64,000 bases of DNA, from positions 868,001 through 932,000 of the forward strand of contig NZ_BAABFP010000002.1 in NCBI RefSeq assembly GCF_039541115.1, read 5' to 3'. Under the pieces are notes generated by a model, which saw only the letters and a list, made by a program, of their open reading frames with translations, was not told where the DNA came from and ran no database searches. Below, in pieces: positions 62,170 through 64,000 of this stretch; the first letter of the stretch is position 1, and every line of letters begins with the position of its first letter. The translations under genes were made by a program, and so were the position numbers. The DNA is from Angustibacter luteus. Its GTDB lineage: Bacteria > Actinomycetota > Actinomycetes > Actinomycetales > Angustibacteraceae.

Positions 62170-62739
62170 TCAGAGGGGCGGCCAGGACGGATCGTTCGGC
62201 CGCGGCGGCTTCGGGCCGGGCTCGAGCTGGCGCTCCTGGTGGCTCATCGGCTCGGGCCGCAGGTGCATCGACGTGCGCGGACGGGTCAGCAGCAGCACCA
62301 GCGTGGTGCACGCCAGGCCCAGCATCGAGCTGGCCACGACGTACCACCAGGGAACCGGGTAGGCCAGCGGCGCCAAGACATCCAGGGTGACCGCCACCGC
62401 GACCACGACCCCGAAGATCCGGCACTCGCTGGACCGGTGCAGCACGCCCAGCACGAGGAGCACCAGGATCAGGACGAGGCCCAGGTCGAGCAGCGCGCTC
62501 CACTGCGCCGGCGCCCGCAGCGCCGACTCCGTCCACCCGGCGTCCGAGTGCATGTCCAGGTGGTGCGCGTGCCCGTAGGTGCGCAGGAACTCCGGCCACT
62601 CCCCCAGCACCATCCAGGCGCGCAGCCCGGCCAGGGCCGTCAGCGACACCAGGAGGGCGCAGGCAGCCCGCACGCCATCGGGCGCGGATCCCCAGTCTCC
62701 GCGCTCCGAGGGCACCTCGAGGTCCCGGACGTCGAACAC
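62170..62739 (-). CDS. Hypothetical four-TM membrane protein
   Basis: GGAGG SD before GTG 62739; four hydrophobic segments; PVPWWY motif shared with the neighbouring gene. Confidence 0.7.
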   Translation of the reverse strand: MFDVRDLEVPSERGDWGSAPDGVRAACALLVSLTALAGLRAWMVLGEWPEFLRTYGHAHHLDMHSDAGWTESALRAPAQWSALLDLGLVLILVLLVLGVLHRSSECRIFGVVVAVAVTLDVLAPLAYPVPWWYVVASSMLGLACTTLVLLLTRPRTSMHLRPEPMSHQERQLEPGPKPPRPNDPSWPPL

Positions 62740-62908
62740 ACCGCCTCCAGCCCGTCGGCCGCGCACCGGTGCCGAGCTCGGCACCTGGTGCGGGCCGTCG
62801 TCCCTTGGTGACCTTAGGCGCGGACGAGTCCACCAGTCAGCGCCCGTGACCCAACCCGCGCCCACTCGTGACCGAACGGAGACCCGGCGACCCGGCGACC
62901 CGGCCCGA

Positions 62909-63409
62909 TCAGCCGGTCTCGTGCCGGCGGGCCCGTACCTCGGCGTCGTGCCGCTCCTGGTAGTCCTCGATCACCGGCGTCCGCCAGAGCAGCACGATGA
63001 CGATCCCGGTCAGGGCCACCATCAGCACCGTGAGCGCGTAGTACCACCACGGCGACGGCACGGCGAGCGAGCCCAGGGTGTTCAGCCCGCCGGCCGCGGA
63101 CAGGATCAGCGCCAGGTTGCGCGCCCAGGGCGTCCCGGTGCCGATCCGCTTGATCAGCGGGAGCAGCAGCAAGCCGGCGCAGAGCAAGCTGAAGTTGGCC
63201 GAGTCGAAGTGCCCCGGCACCTCGCGCTTGGCCACCTCCAACCCGAGGAACGTGTTCGTGTCCAGGCCGGCGTAGTCCGCGTACGCCTGCACGAACGCCA
63301 TGCGCTGGGTGTGGCAGAGCACCACCCGCAGCACCCCGATGCCGATCACTGCCACCAGCAGCACCTTGGTCCACGCCGCCCGGGACAGACCGGCGAACGA
63401 CTCGGTCAT
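62909..63409 (-). CDS. Hypothetical four-TM membrane protein, paralogue of 62170-62739
   Basis: ATGA overlap with ABC-F stop; four TM segments, G.PWAR, PSPWWY. Confidence 0.75.
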   Translation of the reverse strand: MTESFAGLSRAAWTKVLLVAVIGIGVLRVVLCHTQRMAFVQAYADYAGLDTNTFLGLEVAKREVPGHFDSANFSLLCAGLLLLPLIKRIGTGTPWARNLALILSAAGGLNTLGSLAVPSPWWYYALTVLMVALTGIVIVLLWRTPVIEDYQERHDAEVRARRHETG

Positions 63410-64000
63410 CGCTGCCTCACCACCCTCGTCTCATCCCAGACCGGGTCCGTCGACTCGTACACGTCGCCGTCCGAGCCGAACACCAGGAACCGGTCGAAAC
63501 CCCTCGTGAACCACCGGTCGTGGGTCACGGCCAGGACCGTACCCTCGAACGCCGACAGTCCGTCCTCGAGCGCCTCGGCCGAGTGCAGGTCGAGGTTGTC
63601 GGTCGGCTCGTCGAGCAGCAGCAGCGTCGCGCCGCTCAGCTCGAGCAGCAGGATCTGGAACCGGGCCTGCTGGCCGCCGCTCAGCGACTCGAAGACCTGC
63701 TCGCCGGCCCGGGCCAGCTCGTAGCGGTCCAGCGTCTTGGCCGCCTGCTCGCGGGGCAGCCCGTCCCGGTGCTCGTCGCCCCGGTGCAGGATCTCCAGCA
63801 GGGTGCGCCCGACCAGCCGGGGGTGCTCGTGCGTCTGCGCGAACCACCCCGGCCGCACCCGCGCGCCGAGCCGGGCCCGACCCTGGTGCACCACCGGCGC
63901 GATGACCACGTCGTCCACCGGCTGGTGCTCGACGTCGGGGTCGCTGCCACCCGCGGCCAGCAGCCGCAGGAAGTGCGACTTGCCGGAGCCGTTCGACCCG
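63406..64000 (-). CDS. ABC-F family ATPase, 3' part; starts beyond the window
   Basis: GSNGSGKS Walker A at the window edge, LSGGQQAR, LLLLDEPTDNLD, VTHDRWF; no TM segments. Confidence 0.92.
   Translation of the reverse strand, partial: GSNGSGKSHFLRLLAAGGSDPDVEHQPVDDVVIAPVVHQGRARLGARVRPGWFAQTHEHPRLVGRTLLEILHRGDEHRDGLPREQAAKTLDRYELARAGEQVFESLSGGQQARFQILLLELSGATLLLLDEPTDNLDLHSAEALEDGLSAFEGTVLAVTHDRWFTRGFDRFLVFGSDGDVYESTDPVWDETRVVRQR

Overview
High-GC actinobacterial chromosome segment. A Kineosporiaceae/Intrasporangiaceae-like origin is inferred from gene order and protein style, not proven. It carries the conserved actinobacterial backbone, mostly on the minus strand: rplM-rpsI-glmM-(coaA)-glmS-acpS-nnr-alr-hydrolase-tsaE-tsaB-rimI-tsaD ... 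groES-groEL(1)-whiD/whiB3-bldM-guaB-guaB3-SSADH-GMC oxidase-guaA. Accessory genes are interleaved: heterodimeric ABC exporter, MFS transporters, nucleoside hydrolase, hrpA, alditol oxidase, Rieske protein and a 1935-aa amylase-pullulanase. No rRNA, tRNA, CRISPR array, transposase or prophage was found. Most notable: (1) a two-gene insertion in the alr-tsaE operon encoding a lipoprotein plus an SGNH lipase fused behind a Flp/Tad prepilin-type N-terminus, a candidate pilus-displayed effector/partner pair; (2) a translationally coupled hyper-acidic protein and basic signal-less M15A peptidoglycan hydrolase; (3) a CarH-like B12/MerR regulator between bldM and whiD, with a FliA/WhiG-type promoter in front of bldM and an exact BldN-type promoter elsewhere; (4) an orphan UrtR/TamR-type MarR operator in front of an MFS gene; (5) a hemophore-like secreted protein; (6) several dispersed REP-like palindromes and pervasive leaderless gene starts. 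All functional calls come from motif recognition by eye; no database searches were run.
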